A stretch of DNA of 64,000 bases. Origin: Setoptus koraiensis (Eukaryota; Animalia; Arthropoda). The notes beneath the pieces were generated by a model. It was not told the origin of the DNA. It worked only from the letters and a program-made list of their open reading frames with translations, and did not search any database. How positions within the stretch are numbered: the first letter of the stretch is position 1; every line of letters begins with the position of its first letter. The position numbers and the translations under genes are program-made. The stretch is taken from positions 5,456,001 through 5,520,000 of the forward strand of contig CM106585.1 of assembly GCA_048013815.1 (NCBI GenBank), read 5' to 3'. Below, piece by piece: positions 1 to 12,120 of this stretch.

Positions 1-2389
1 CCGGCGAGCACAGCGGCCAATAATAAATATATAACGGGCGACAATGGTTACCGATAATTGGTCGGCCTGTTGGGCGCCACTAGCAGTTATGTAACGCCAA
101 CAGACTGCCAGCCGCTATTATGATTTGATTTGGCAACTGGCTTTTGGGGGGGGGGGGCGGGGGAGGGGCGCCGTGGTAGTAACTGTAACTAACTAACTGA
201 CGTTGTTTCATTTGTGGCCAAGCGTGGCGATCATTAGCCGATACACACTCACAGTTGATTCGTCTGGCTTTCAGTTGATTCATGGGGCCCCGGCCAGCCA
301 GCCAGTGAGGCCCCCAGTGAGCGTGCAGTTGGCAGCAGTTTGCGGCAGTTTGGGCAGTTTGGGCAGTGCAGCGCCATTTGGCAGGCCAGACATTCAGAGC
401 AAGAGAGAGAGAGAGAGAGAGCGAGCGAGTGAAACATTGGGGCCGCGGCGACATTTGTCGCAGCCATGTATGCAGAGGATAATATCATTAAGAGCAGTCG
501 CCGGTTACATAATCACAGATACATAATCAGACATAATGAGGGGGCGCTGACTTTTCAAACAAGTGCGCGCCGTCGTTTAGCGGCCCTGGCCGCCAGGGCT
601 GGCGAGGGGCGCACAGAGTGGCGAGCGGCGGGCCGGGCCGGCGCGTTTTAAACTGTTTTAGTCGATCGGATCGGATTAGCCGATGAGCCGAGCCGATGCA
701 GCGCTGACAAGCTGCGTCTGTCACGGGCTGCCGGGCTGGCTGGCAAGCTCGACTGGAGGCCCCCATCGGGCGGGAATACATTAATTTGGCGCGCACACGC
801 CAGAGAGGACTGGTGCTCATTTGTATGCAGTCATACTTGACTGGTCGCTTGCGCGACCGCAGCGCCGCCGGGCAGCATCATAATTGACCGGTAGCCACTG
901 GCGACAGAGGAGCGCGAAGCCCGCGCGCTCTTGAGACGGGCGCCACGGCGCATGATCGGCCCCCGCCCCCCCTCGGCTGCTGCGAGGCCAGCGACTGCAA
1001 ATTGCAACTAGGCACAAAAAGCCTCGGCCGCCAACTGGGCCCAATTGGGGCCACTGGGTCCGACTGGGGCCCCACTGGGGCCCGCGCATCCGGGCCACCT
1101 GTCATCTGGCTCACTGAGCAACACAAAGTCGGCGCTGAGCAACACAAAGTCGGCGCTGAGCGGCCGGCCGGGCCAACATCTTCGAGACGCACTCTGTATA
1201 TATTTTGTGTGTGCGTGTGTTTTTACGTTTTGGGGCGCTTTAAACTGCCTTTATCCGATTGAACAATGGCCCGCGCGGCGGGCCGAAAATGCCCGCGCGG
1301 CGGCCCGATGCCCGAACGGGGCCCGATGCTCGAGAATAACTCAAACGTTCTTGCGAATGTTGCCATGCGGCGCGCATTGTGAGCAATGGCGATGATTTAT
1401 TATTATGTCGCCAGTGTAGCGGCGCCCGCGATATTATCTATGGCGCGCGCCGGCGATAATGAAACCCTATGACGCCCTCACGCCATATCCGCGCGATGAT
1501 GTAATGCGATATGATCGCACTTTGACATTTTGTGTCTGAGAGTGGCTCTAATGTTTTTTGTTGTGTTGTTGCTATTCCGAGTGCCGCCGACTAAACGAAC
1601 GTTCGACAAATTCGCATTTGTCTGACATTTGTCGATGCACACATACTCTGGCTGATACTGATTTCATAATGGGATATCTGCCTGTGTGTTCGCGTGTATC
1701 CGCATGTACCCGTATATATCCGCATGTATCCGAGCGGAGCTATTTGCGCGCCACCGGCCCCCCCCCCCGCAAACAAACACAAAAAGTAAATTAGATCATT
1801 TGGAGCGGGCGCCGCCAGAGAGCGCTAAGCCAGCGCCCTCTCGCAGCGGGTCTCACTGTGGCCAGCATCATCCATCACTCCAACTGGTGCCACTGGTGTG
1901 TCTGTTTGCATTTATTTGCTGCTGGCGCGAGATTTATTTAACTCGTGCCACCACCACGGCGGCGATGCGCCGGCGAGCGCGCCAAAAACCGGGCCGCCCG
2001 GGCGATACCCGCGACACCAATCCGCATGTTAATGCGAAGCCACACTCGTCGAGCCCGCGACCAATTTGCTGTGAGAGCAAAACAACATGAGACAGGGCGA
2101 GTGGCCCCACGAGTGGCTCGCACTGGCCCCGACTTCTCGGGTCTCAACTGCTCGGGCCCCAACTCCTTGGGCCTCGACTGGTGCGCGCGACGAGAATCGA
2201 GCGACGGGGCGCGAAATTGAATTGAATTGAATTGTATCATTAAACTGAACAATGCCCATACCTAATAGCAATACCCGAGCGCCGGCAAACCAAAAACAAT
2301 ACCCACAATAACGCGTGACACGTAATGATGCAGCACCAACCGGTGCGCCCGGGTCGCCGAGCCGTTGGCCCGGAGGTGCCTCAACAACA

Positions 2390-2493
2390 CACAGCAACAA
2401 CATGCAGCAACAACATGCAACAACATGCAGCAACAACATGCAACAACATGCAGCAACAACATGCAACAACATACAGCAACAACATGCAACAAC
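2390..2493. repeat. ~10-bp degenerate tandem repeat (GCAACAACAT)
   Basis: Direct tandem units with small indels. Confidence 0.85.
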
Positions 2494-5214
2494 AACGCGC
2501 GCACATCTGCCGCTACGAGGCAGGCATTATGCAGCGATGAGCAGCGAGGCGCCAGCACGGACGCCAATTTGCAAGTCGCAGTTACATAACAGTGTTACGT
2601 AACCGTGGCGACAAGTTGCGCACAGTCGCGGGTCCCGAATAACGGTGACAAACGGAGCCCAAGAGATGAATATAAATTGATACTCGATCTTGTCTGCGCG
2701 CGGGCCGTTGCCGTTGTCATTGCCGGTGTCGTCGTTGTCGTCGTTGTCGCTGTTGTCGCTGTTGTCGCCGTTGCTGCCGCTGTCGTTGCCGCTGTGGTTG
2801 TTGTCGTTGTTGCCGGTGATGGCGGTGGCTGTCGATACGTGTTTGCAGCGCGTCCATCTCATTAGATTATCGTGTCACTGCATTGGGGCGCAATCACTGT
2901 CGCGACGACAATGGCTCGCCAGTGGCGACAATAATGTTATCATAAATGAATTGTTGAGTCGGTGACACTGGCGGCTCGACACGCAAATGGGGATCACGGC
3001 GCCCCAAATCAGCCATGCACAATCTCGCTGAATTGGGGCGCCCAAACGGGATCGCAACAACGACAAACGCACCAAAACAAATGGAAACAAACGAAACGGA
3101 ATCGGCCCGAAACGAAGCCAGACGAAACGAATCGAATCGGATCAGCGATGCCACTGCCAATTGTGCCCCAATGAGGCCAACAATGAGCCGCCGCTCGGGC
3201 CACTTCCTGCCGAGCGACACACATACGCGAGACAGCGACTGGGCGACGAGTTGCGCCACGCTGAGCATGCACTCGCCAAGACGGCGCCGCCCGCTCCCAT
3301 CCGCTGTTTTATCCGCTATTTTATCCGCTATTTTATCCGCGCTCCTATTCGCGCTTTTGTGCGGCCGCCAGTGGCCGGCCGGATAAAAGCCGGGAACGAG
3401 CCGGCGGGACACACGCCAGCGCACCGACCACTGCGACCGGTGAGCCGATCATGAGCGGCCCGCTCGCCGTCTCGCCGTCTCGTTGTTTCGCTGTCCCGCT
3501 GTCGCGATGCACATCACGAACTCACCGGTATCCGGCGGTTCGGCGAGCGCGCACCCCGCGCCAATTGCGAGCCCGGCCGCACACCCTCGGGCCGCCATTG
3601 TGCCGGGCCGGTCGCCCTCAATCGCGACTGCATTCTGTGCAATTGTAGTATCATCCTGCGCACTGAGCAATGGGCTGGCATCGTTGGAGGGGGCCAAATT
3701 TGAATTGGATCACGATGACACATCGCTGTGGCGTTTCATTTTGTTTTAATGGCTGAGTAATTTCGGGCGTCTTGGCCAAATGCATTTATAAACGTGCCGG
3801 CCCGGCTGGGGCGCCCGCTCTAACACACGCACATTTGTGCGCTGTCTCGGCGCTGGCCTCGTGCCACCGCTCCGCTTGTGTCGTGCCATGTCAACTGTCA
3901 AGCGGGCCCCAATTCTAGGCCAGCGTATGGAGCCGGCCCGGCGACAATTCAATTCGCGTTCAATGGCCCCATTTGCAGCAAACCCGCGCCGGCGGTCGGC
4001 CAATGGCTGAGGCCGCAGTTGACAAGCCGCGCCAGCCGTTGGCCATGCGGCCCGCAGCGGGCCGACAAGACGCAGAAGTGTCGACTGGCCGACAGTGGGG
4101 CCTCGTTTGCGCCGCCCGTGAATTGAATAAATGACCCTGCGGCCAAGTGATCGTTAAATTAGCTCAACAGGGCTCCTTATTAGCTGCCGGCTCATTAGCG
4201 AAATCGCTGACGAGGCCGGTTTTTCCTTTCGGTGCGGGCGCCCGTTTTTCGGCCAGTCAACCGCAAGCGAGCGGTCGCCGGCTTGCGGCGTCGCCCGTTG
4301 CTCAGCTCGGTCATTTCCTAGATCGACCATCAGTGTTTCCAGAGAGATTTCCGGCTGACCGCCAGCGCGCCCCATACGAGCGACGCGCATAATTGGCAGC
4401 GGGCCCCTGTCGAAGAGGCCCACTCGCCGGCTGAATGGGCGCGCAACAATGGTCAAAGTAGGTCGGACCGGCGCGGGCCGGACTCGGACGGGCGCTGGGC
4501 CTGGCCCGGACGACAGCGAGCCGCCGTGCGGCAACGGCCATTGTGCCGCGGACTAGTCGGGCCATTATGCCGAGCGTTCGCCCCGTCGGGTGTGTGAGTG
4601 GCCGCCCATTCCCCGAGTGCGCGGTTATTTTGTTGGCGGCGCGAACTTCGTTAGAATCGGGCTGGCGAGATATTCTCAGCCACGAATGGTGGCCCGCGAT
4701 TGTTTCTGTCGCGAGCGCTGCATGTGGGCGCGCGCCGAGTCGCGGTCTCTGATTTACATAATTTCGAGCGCCGGTCGGGCAAGCGTTTTGCCCGACGACA
4801 AGTGGCGAGTTGGCAGCTCAAGTGGCGACGGGGCGCCCGATGAGGTGTCGCCAAAAACAAGAACTGGCAGCGTGTCGCTGTCACGCTGGCCACCGGGCAC
4901 GCGAGCGCCCGGGGCGCAGTTGGCGGGCGCCCGATTCGCGCTCCACGGGCCACGGGCCGCGTGCAGGGCGAGCGGCGGGCCCCACGTTGTCGTGGGGCCC
5001 ACGAGAAAAATTCAAATTTTGCGAGTTGGTGAGTTGAGATGAGTGAGTTGAGCTTGGCGAGTTTGTGCGCCCGATTGGGTTGGGATTGCCAGTCGGGCCG
5101 GCAAAAATTTGCTGGCCCGCAAAGCGCTGGCCGGCAAAAAGCCAGCCTCTGGCCCCTGGCGGCTGTGTGTGGGGGGGGGGCGTCGCTTACACCCGGCGGC
5201 GACGCGGTACATAC

Positions 5215-7345
5215 CAGACGGCGACCTTGATGCATTCGGGCACGGGCACGTCGGACTTGTTGTGCAAGTTGTCCCAAAAGGAGAATCGCTGCTGGCCCTG
5301 CTGGCCAAGCGCGGACGCGCTGAACGTTCGCGCAATCTGGCCGCTCGAGCACGAGGGCGCCATCACGTTCTTGGCCGCGCACATTAAGTGGCGCCCCCCG
5401 AACACTTGGCTGGCCTGATCACTGGGGGGCGCCACCGACGCGTCGGTGATTTGTCGTCGCGATTTGTCGCTGTTGCTGTTGTTGTTGCTGTTGTCGTTGT
5501 TGTTGCCGGTGTTGTCGGCCTGATTGATTGGTTGCTGCTGCTTGCCCGTCGACGACACTTGAGCTTGCTGTTGCTGTTGCTGCGGTTGTTGCTGTTGCTG
5601 CGGTTGTTGCTGGTCGGAAGGGGCCCCATTAGCGTAATTGCTGTTGGCGGTCACCGTCACCTTGGGCAGGCTCACCAGGCAGCAGGTGCTGCGGTTCCTG
5701 TTGGTGCGCAACTGGCTTGCCGCTTGCATGCAATCAATGGCGTCCGTCTCCACGAGCCCGTTGTGCCGCAACGCGTGCATTATGGACGCCGAGCGATTAT
5801 TATGTAATCTGGTGGCCAGACACTCGCTGCTGTTGGCCACCAGGCACTCGCCGTTTGACATAGAGGGCGCGAGCGCCGCTGCACGTGGCTGCTGCTGCTG
5901 CTGCAACTTGTCACTTCCGGTGTAGCTGCTGCCCGTTGTGCTGCTGGTGCTGGCGTTCAATTGACGATTTGAGGACAGTATCGATATTCGCTGCTGCGAC
6001 CTATTGATGTAGTGCGAATGTTTCATCGATTGGCATTGTAAGTAGACGCAACTGGAATTTGAGCAACAACTGCCCACTGTGGCGATGCCCGCCGCGGCCG
6101 AAGCCGCCGAAGCGGCCGAATTGGCAGCGCCACCAGCGCTGGTGTTTGCCGAGCCCGACGACGACACACTGGCCAGCCGGGAGCGCGCCCTGTCGGCCAT
6201 TTCGGCGCCATTGTTGGTGCCCGTCTGTTGTTGATGGTGCGGCACTAGCGGCATTAAATTATTCTGATTGTACTGCTGCTGACATTGAATGGGGCCCGCT
6301 GCCGGTAGCAGCAACTGCTGCTGATGCTGATGCTGCTGCAAATGATGCAATTGGTGCAATTGAAACAAATTGCTCGACGAGTTCGATTGGATCTTTCTAA
6401 AGGACAACTTTTGATTATTGATATTGGTTTGATTATTACTGTACAACGGCGACATGTTGCTGCCGTAAATGAGCGACCTCTGGCTGGTGCGCAAATTGCA
6501 CATGGACCTGTCGTGCGACCCGAACAATCCCGCCGCCGGCCCGGCCGCGGCCGACAACAACATTTTCTGCTTGCCAGCACCGTCGGGCGGCTCGGCGCAG
6601 CTTCCGGTGAGCGCGTCAGGCGGCTGGCCCGCTGCGTGCGAGCCAGTTGTGGGCGAAATCTGGTAGTTGATGCCCGGTTCAAGCTGGCAAGCCAGCCGGC
6701 CGCCAGAGCGCTCACTTCCGGTGCTCATAACGCTGCCGCTTAGGGTGCCCATATGCGACGACAGCGAGCTGGTCAGTTTGCTGGTGGCGGCGCTGCACGG
6801 GCTGGCCGGCTCAAGTGTTTGCATGGGGCCCAGCGGCGCGTTGACGGCCGCAAGCGTCGAGGTGAAACTTTTAACTCTGTCCCTCATTATGGCCACCACT
6901 TGATGCCGTTGATTGCGGCTGTTGTTGCCGTTGTTGTTGTTGTCGATGTTGTTGCTGCTGTTGTTGTTGGTGCTGCTGCTGTTGCTGCGGTTGTTGTTGT
7001 CGGCCGTATGGGGCGCTTCGTCGTTGAGTTGGGCCGTTTGGTCAATTGCGTCAGTCGAAATTATTGCGCCGCTGGCGCCCGTCTGGTGGACGTACTGGCA
7101 AGCTCGTGGCTGGGTGGGGGCCGACGATGCATTATTCATCGGCGATTCATTGCGAGTTTCGGCCGTTATTCGGCTGTCTATATCGCCGGTTGTGTTTCGC
7201 CGAGTCACCACTATAGTGGTGTCGTCATCGTCCGCTTGGGCGCCGCACTCAGCGGACGATTGCTGCTGGACACTGCGGCCACGCTCACGACGACAGGTGT
7301 CGCTGGCGCAATCATTCGTTGGGGCCGTGCCACTTGAAACAGTGG

Positions 7346-7380
<35 letters not shown>

Positions 7381-8498
7381 GCTACTGTGACGGTTGCAAA
7401 TTGGTGGGGCGACTTGGTGCCGCTTTCAAGAGCGCTCAATTGCGCAATTTGCGACTTTTGAGCCTGCGAGCTCGGTCTGGGCAGGGCGCCCTGCTCGGCA
7501 GCGGACCCACTGTGCGAACAAACGGACAATATGTCGCAATTGGAATTTGATGACCAGGCCGACCAGTCGGCGGACGACACCGAGCAGTTCGAGTTTGAGC
7601 TGCTCGACACGGAGGCGCCGCCGCGCGACGATTGGCTGGCAACGGATAAAAGGACGTTGTTGAGGGCCGTGGTTGAGCTCGTCTGTTGTTGTCTGGCTTG
7701 TTGGCCGCTCTTGCGTCTGCCCGCGACCGTCCGCTCGGGCTGTTCGCCGCACTGATTTTGTGCTGCGGCCCGGCGCAGCGGCCCGTCGGATTGCCCGTGG
7801 GCGTCCGTTCTAGTGGCGCCGGATATGGTCAAAAGGTGAGTTGCTGCGTGCTTTTCTTGCTGGCGCCGCTGCTGCGACTGTTGTGCGTCGTCCTGAGGGC
7901 GCTGCTGTCGCCTGCAACAACAACAACAGTTTGCGACCAATAATTGATCCGTTATTTCCGCTTTTTTGCGCTTCTCGTTGGCCGCCGCCGCGCTTCTGGT
8001 CACTAAAATTGTGCCCGTGCCGCCGGCCGTGCCCAGCTGACGGGCCGCATGGGCCGCTTGGGCCGCTTGGGCAGATTTGGCGGCCCGAGCGGTTTGTTTG
8101 TTGCTGTGGTGGCGCTGCTGTCCGGCGCTGGGGCTCGACATGGAACTGGAACTGGTGCCCAGGCTGGAGCTGGGCGTGGGCACATGGTCGTCGGTTGTCG
8201 CGGTCTGTTTGCCGCTGGCCGCTGTCCACAACAGGGGCGACAACAGGAAGCGCCTCTTTGTTTGTTTCTGCTGTTGGCTTTTGGCGGCCAAACGCCACTT
8301 GTTAATCAGCTTGCATTTACCTGGTGCGGGTGCCGCTGTCTTGCTGATGTCGCTGTTGTCGCTGTTGCCATAAACATTGTTGGCCGGTTCGGTGAGCGTG
8401 ATACTAACCAGCGCCCCCGTTTGTTTGCTGTTGGCACTATTTTTTTTCACCTGTTTTGCCTGCCTATTTACCTGGTGTTCGCTGCCGCCCAAATCCAT
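5215..8498 (-). CDS. probable dunce alternative first coding exon D (1094 codons, Q/N/S/T/A-rich, ends ...FSFWDNLHNKSDVPVPECIKVAV)
   Basis: Longest ORF in the window (3.3 kb). Phase-2 donor TG|GTATGT at 5215 and a second phase-2 donor GT|GTAAGC at 5191. The frame stays open 60 codons upstream of ATG 8498 (to 8678), so the 5' end is uncertain. Confidence 0.62.
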
Positions 8499-9999
8499 GG
8501 CCGTGCATGTTGTTGCGTTGATTGTTGCGGCCCCTTCGTTGTTGACAATGCAAGGGGGGCCCGCTGGCTCGGGCCTCTTCTTTTTCTCGTTTGGGGCTGC
8601 TGCTGTTTGGGGCTCTGACTTGGGCGCTTCACAAGCTTCACAAGGTTTGCAGTGTGAGCGTCGTCTTATTATGTTTTGCTATTTATCTTTTTATTTGTCT
8701 TATTAGTTGTCGCATTGTTTGTCGTATTTGTTATCTATTGTTTGTTGTTGTTGGTCGTCGTCGTCGTATTTATCTACTGTTTGTTGCCTAGTTTGTATTT
8801 ATTTGTCTAGCTGTGTGTCGATGTGGCTTGGGCGGGCACGCGCTGCGCTCTGACGGGGGCGCACACGGATAAAACTCTGATAAGACTCTGGTCGCACTCA
8901 TTTGCTCAACAGCATCGCTAAATGACAAAAAAAAAACAGCAACAACAGCAAACACTATGAAGTTGGCACAGGTAAACAGTGGCGCCAATCAATCAATTGT
9001 CCTCAGTGCTGCCAGTTGCGTAACGTTCACGTTCTTCACGTGCTGCGTGCGTGTGCGTGTGCCACTCACTTATTTTGGCTGTCGATTGTGTGTTTGTTTT
9101 AACTGACTTTTCTGACTGCTGCTGCTGCTGCTGTGTGCTCAGATGGTGACATCATTAGGCCCAATGGCAGGTTGTTGCCGGCGCCCAAATGTTGGGGGCG
9201 CCACGACAGCAGCAGCGCCAAGGTGACAGCAACAATCGCGCAATGTCAGACAATGGCGGCGCCTAGCGACATTGCGCACTCTCGTCGCCCCCCGTTTGCC
9301 AAATCAAGCGCATATTTAAGCCGGCCAGCTCGACAACGGTGAGCTTGCCAGTGCCGCCAGGGCGCCCCAGCGACCGGGCAAACAAACAAACGGCCAACAA
9401 CAAATAACAAACAAACAAACTGCCAGCGACCAGCAAACAAACAGCCAGCTCAATGGGGCCACCGGGACCGCACCGACAATAATCCGGGCCGCGCGCGCGC
9501 GCATCTCGAGACGGCTCGCCAGCTACAGCCCGCGCAATATCTTGCTGCTGTAGCTGGCGACACTCGAGTGGCCGCGTCGTGCCAGTGAGACTCGGATGCG
9601 TCGACGCCGGGATGCGTCGATCGCCAGCGCTCGACGGGCGCTGCCGGGCACCTTGGGGCACCTGGGGCGCTCTTGGGCACTTCTGGGCACTTTTGGGCAC
9701 GTTTGGGCACTTTTGGGCACTTTGAACGAAAATATGCTCGCATGGGCGCCAATGCGGCCGAGTCTTGCCACCAGCAACACTGCGGGCCGCTCGGGCCATA
9801 AATAAAAGCGTCGGCGGTGCCCGGCTTCGCGCTGCATGTGCACATTGTATAAGCGCTTGCTCGCCAATGCAATCGCAACAACTTGGATAAATCAAGATTT
9901 ATCCATTGTGTCGGCGCTGCAAACAGACACAAACTTTAATCACAACCTCCGCTAATGATTGGGCGATTTGTTACGTAACGTATCGCCGCGTTTTGAGAC

Positions 10000-12120
10000 A
10001 ACGCGCTCAATGACTCAACCATAGACCATGAGAGGCCCATTTTCAACTCTATCCGCCAATTCTGCATGCTGCGCCCCAATCGGCCAATCCGCTCTCTCAT
10101 CGATAGGCCGACTGACTTTTGCCGGACAAAAAGCACCAGCGCTCCGACACAGCTAACGCCATGACAGAGACAGTCGGACAGACAAAACAACCCTTTGCAG
10201 TTGGCTAAACACACTTGATTGATTTCGGGCATATTTTTGGTCTCGATCAAGGTGATCCAGTAATAAATATGATCCTCTCGTGCAGCTTGCATCAGCCTTG
10301 AGACGGCCCCATTCGCGAGCCCGATATTAAATTAAGTGCGGCCTCTTCGCCCCATTAGCTCACCATCGGCTCGCTCGCCGTCACTATTTGAGACGTTTAT
10401 GGCCGTCGCTGGGCCTATTTTTTGTGATAGCCCATTCCGTTATCATAGTTGCGGCAGCACTGCAAGTCAGCAGAAGAAAATTGTTTGCACGAAACATTTT
10501 TTTGTTACTTTTTTCGATTTCGAGATTCAAACTAGATACTGGCCATGCTTATTGGTATGCGATTCAAGGTTATTCGGATCGGTTGAAAATTTCTAAGAGT
10601 ATTCAGAAATGTTATGCTTTTTCCCCGGACAAATTCTCGCATCAACTTCATGCTCAAATTTGGTTTTTCCAGATCCAGGCGTCGGAATTTCCGATTTTTT
10701 CGATTTTTGCCGGTCAGAATGAGTTTTAGAAATTAGAAAAACCAGCAAAGCAGCCCAGAGGAAGACCTCCCGGGCGTAAGAAAGTTGGAGGTGGCGGCTC
10801 CACGGGGGGGGGGCGACCCCTACACCACCCGAAAATTCACGAATCGACTCGTTTTCTTGTTGAAACTTGTTATGGGGGAATTCGTGGAAAAATGCTTCAT
10901 TTTTCAATTGGTGACAGAGAAGGTCGCAATCGGTGTTATCGATGGAAACAAATAGCACTCAAGAGACGTATCTAGGCAGGTCTGGCTCGAGTATGAAGTT
11001 TCAAAGTCTTGCCATCAACTGAAAAATTCGGTTATCAACCGATTCTGTTATCCCTGGTTATTCTATTGGTTATCCTAGAACATAGCAATGGCGGATATCA
11101 AATGACCTAGCGGGACTTGTGCTGGTGCGATATGAAAAGGGCAGCAAACTAGCCAGCAGTGCATTTCAAGCGGCCCAAGAGGCCCAAGCGAGCTCGAAAT
11201 TGAATGATCATTTGATAGATTACCTGCCTTTATTTTGTGACGTTTAAACAAAACTGGCAGCCGGAAATCTCGGCCGTGAAAAATTGATAATGTAGTTTCC
11301 CGGCTACCGAATACTGTTTTTCGGATCGTATCCGGCCGAAATATCCGAGAAAATAGGCGACTATCCGTGAATATCCATGTGAGCTTGATATTCACGCAGA
11401 GAGCAGCAGCAATTTTCCAAGCGCACTAATTTGGGAAAAACCTGTTCCAGTTGCATTGAGATTTCACAAATTGACTCATTTCGGATATCCGTGTTTGTCT
11501 GGATAACCGGTGGCTGGACCGTTGGTCTATTTTCTATCCATGCTTGCAGATGGATACAAAATTGCTTGCTCTAATGCGAATATCGTAACATACTTTCAAG
11601 ATGCAATTAAATCTGATTTTTGTCCATATGCCATGCACGAGATTTTTTTGACAAACGATAGCCACTCAATGAGCAAAAAGCCCTTGGTGACTTGCTGAAT
11701 TTTTAAATGTTACGTCCGCTCATTTTGGATGCAAATCAGTCGCCAAACAGGCACGATTGCGGAACTGGGAAAACTTTCGGGTGACCAAACTGGGCTGTCG
11801 ATGCGGAGCTTTCTTCCGAAATAGCTTTCTTCCGTAATTTTCGTACATGTTTTAAAGGGATTCGCAGCATACATTGATGAGCAATTAGCGGTAATCATGG
11901 CCGAAACATGCAAGTGAGTGCAGTGACTCACTGTCAGTGAGATATGCAAAAGGGGATATTGCAATTTCGGGCGGACAAGCACGAATCGCAGATTTGCTGG
12001 CACCATTATCAACTTGAGAGGCCCAATTATAACATATGGTGCGATGGTGTTCGGGCAGGGGCGCCCCACAACGAGATCATTCATTGGCACGGATAACAAT
12101 ATGACATAACGGCAAACAAT
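10000..12120. mobile_element. compositionally distinct island, probable decayed DNA-transposon sequence (boundaries approximate)
   Basis: Loses the CAA and GGGCCC texture of the flanks, has A/T runs (aattt, gaaaaa) and recurrent TATCCG/TCGGAT(A) motifs at 11310-11510, and has stop-interrupted frames. No transposase motif, TIR pair or TSD identified. Confidence 0.4.

Noticed and set aside
146-169. G-run with G-quadruplex potential
   Set aside because: Homopolymer runs are common here and error-prone in assemblies, and there is no functional context.
7914-7928. CCCCC palmitoylation-like cluster in exon D
   Set aside because: It is encoded by a TGT microsatellite and is probably a slippage product.
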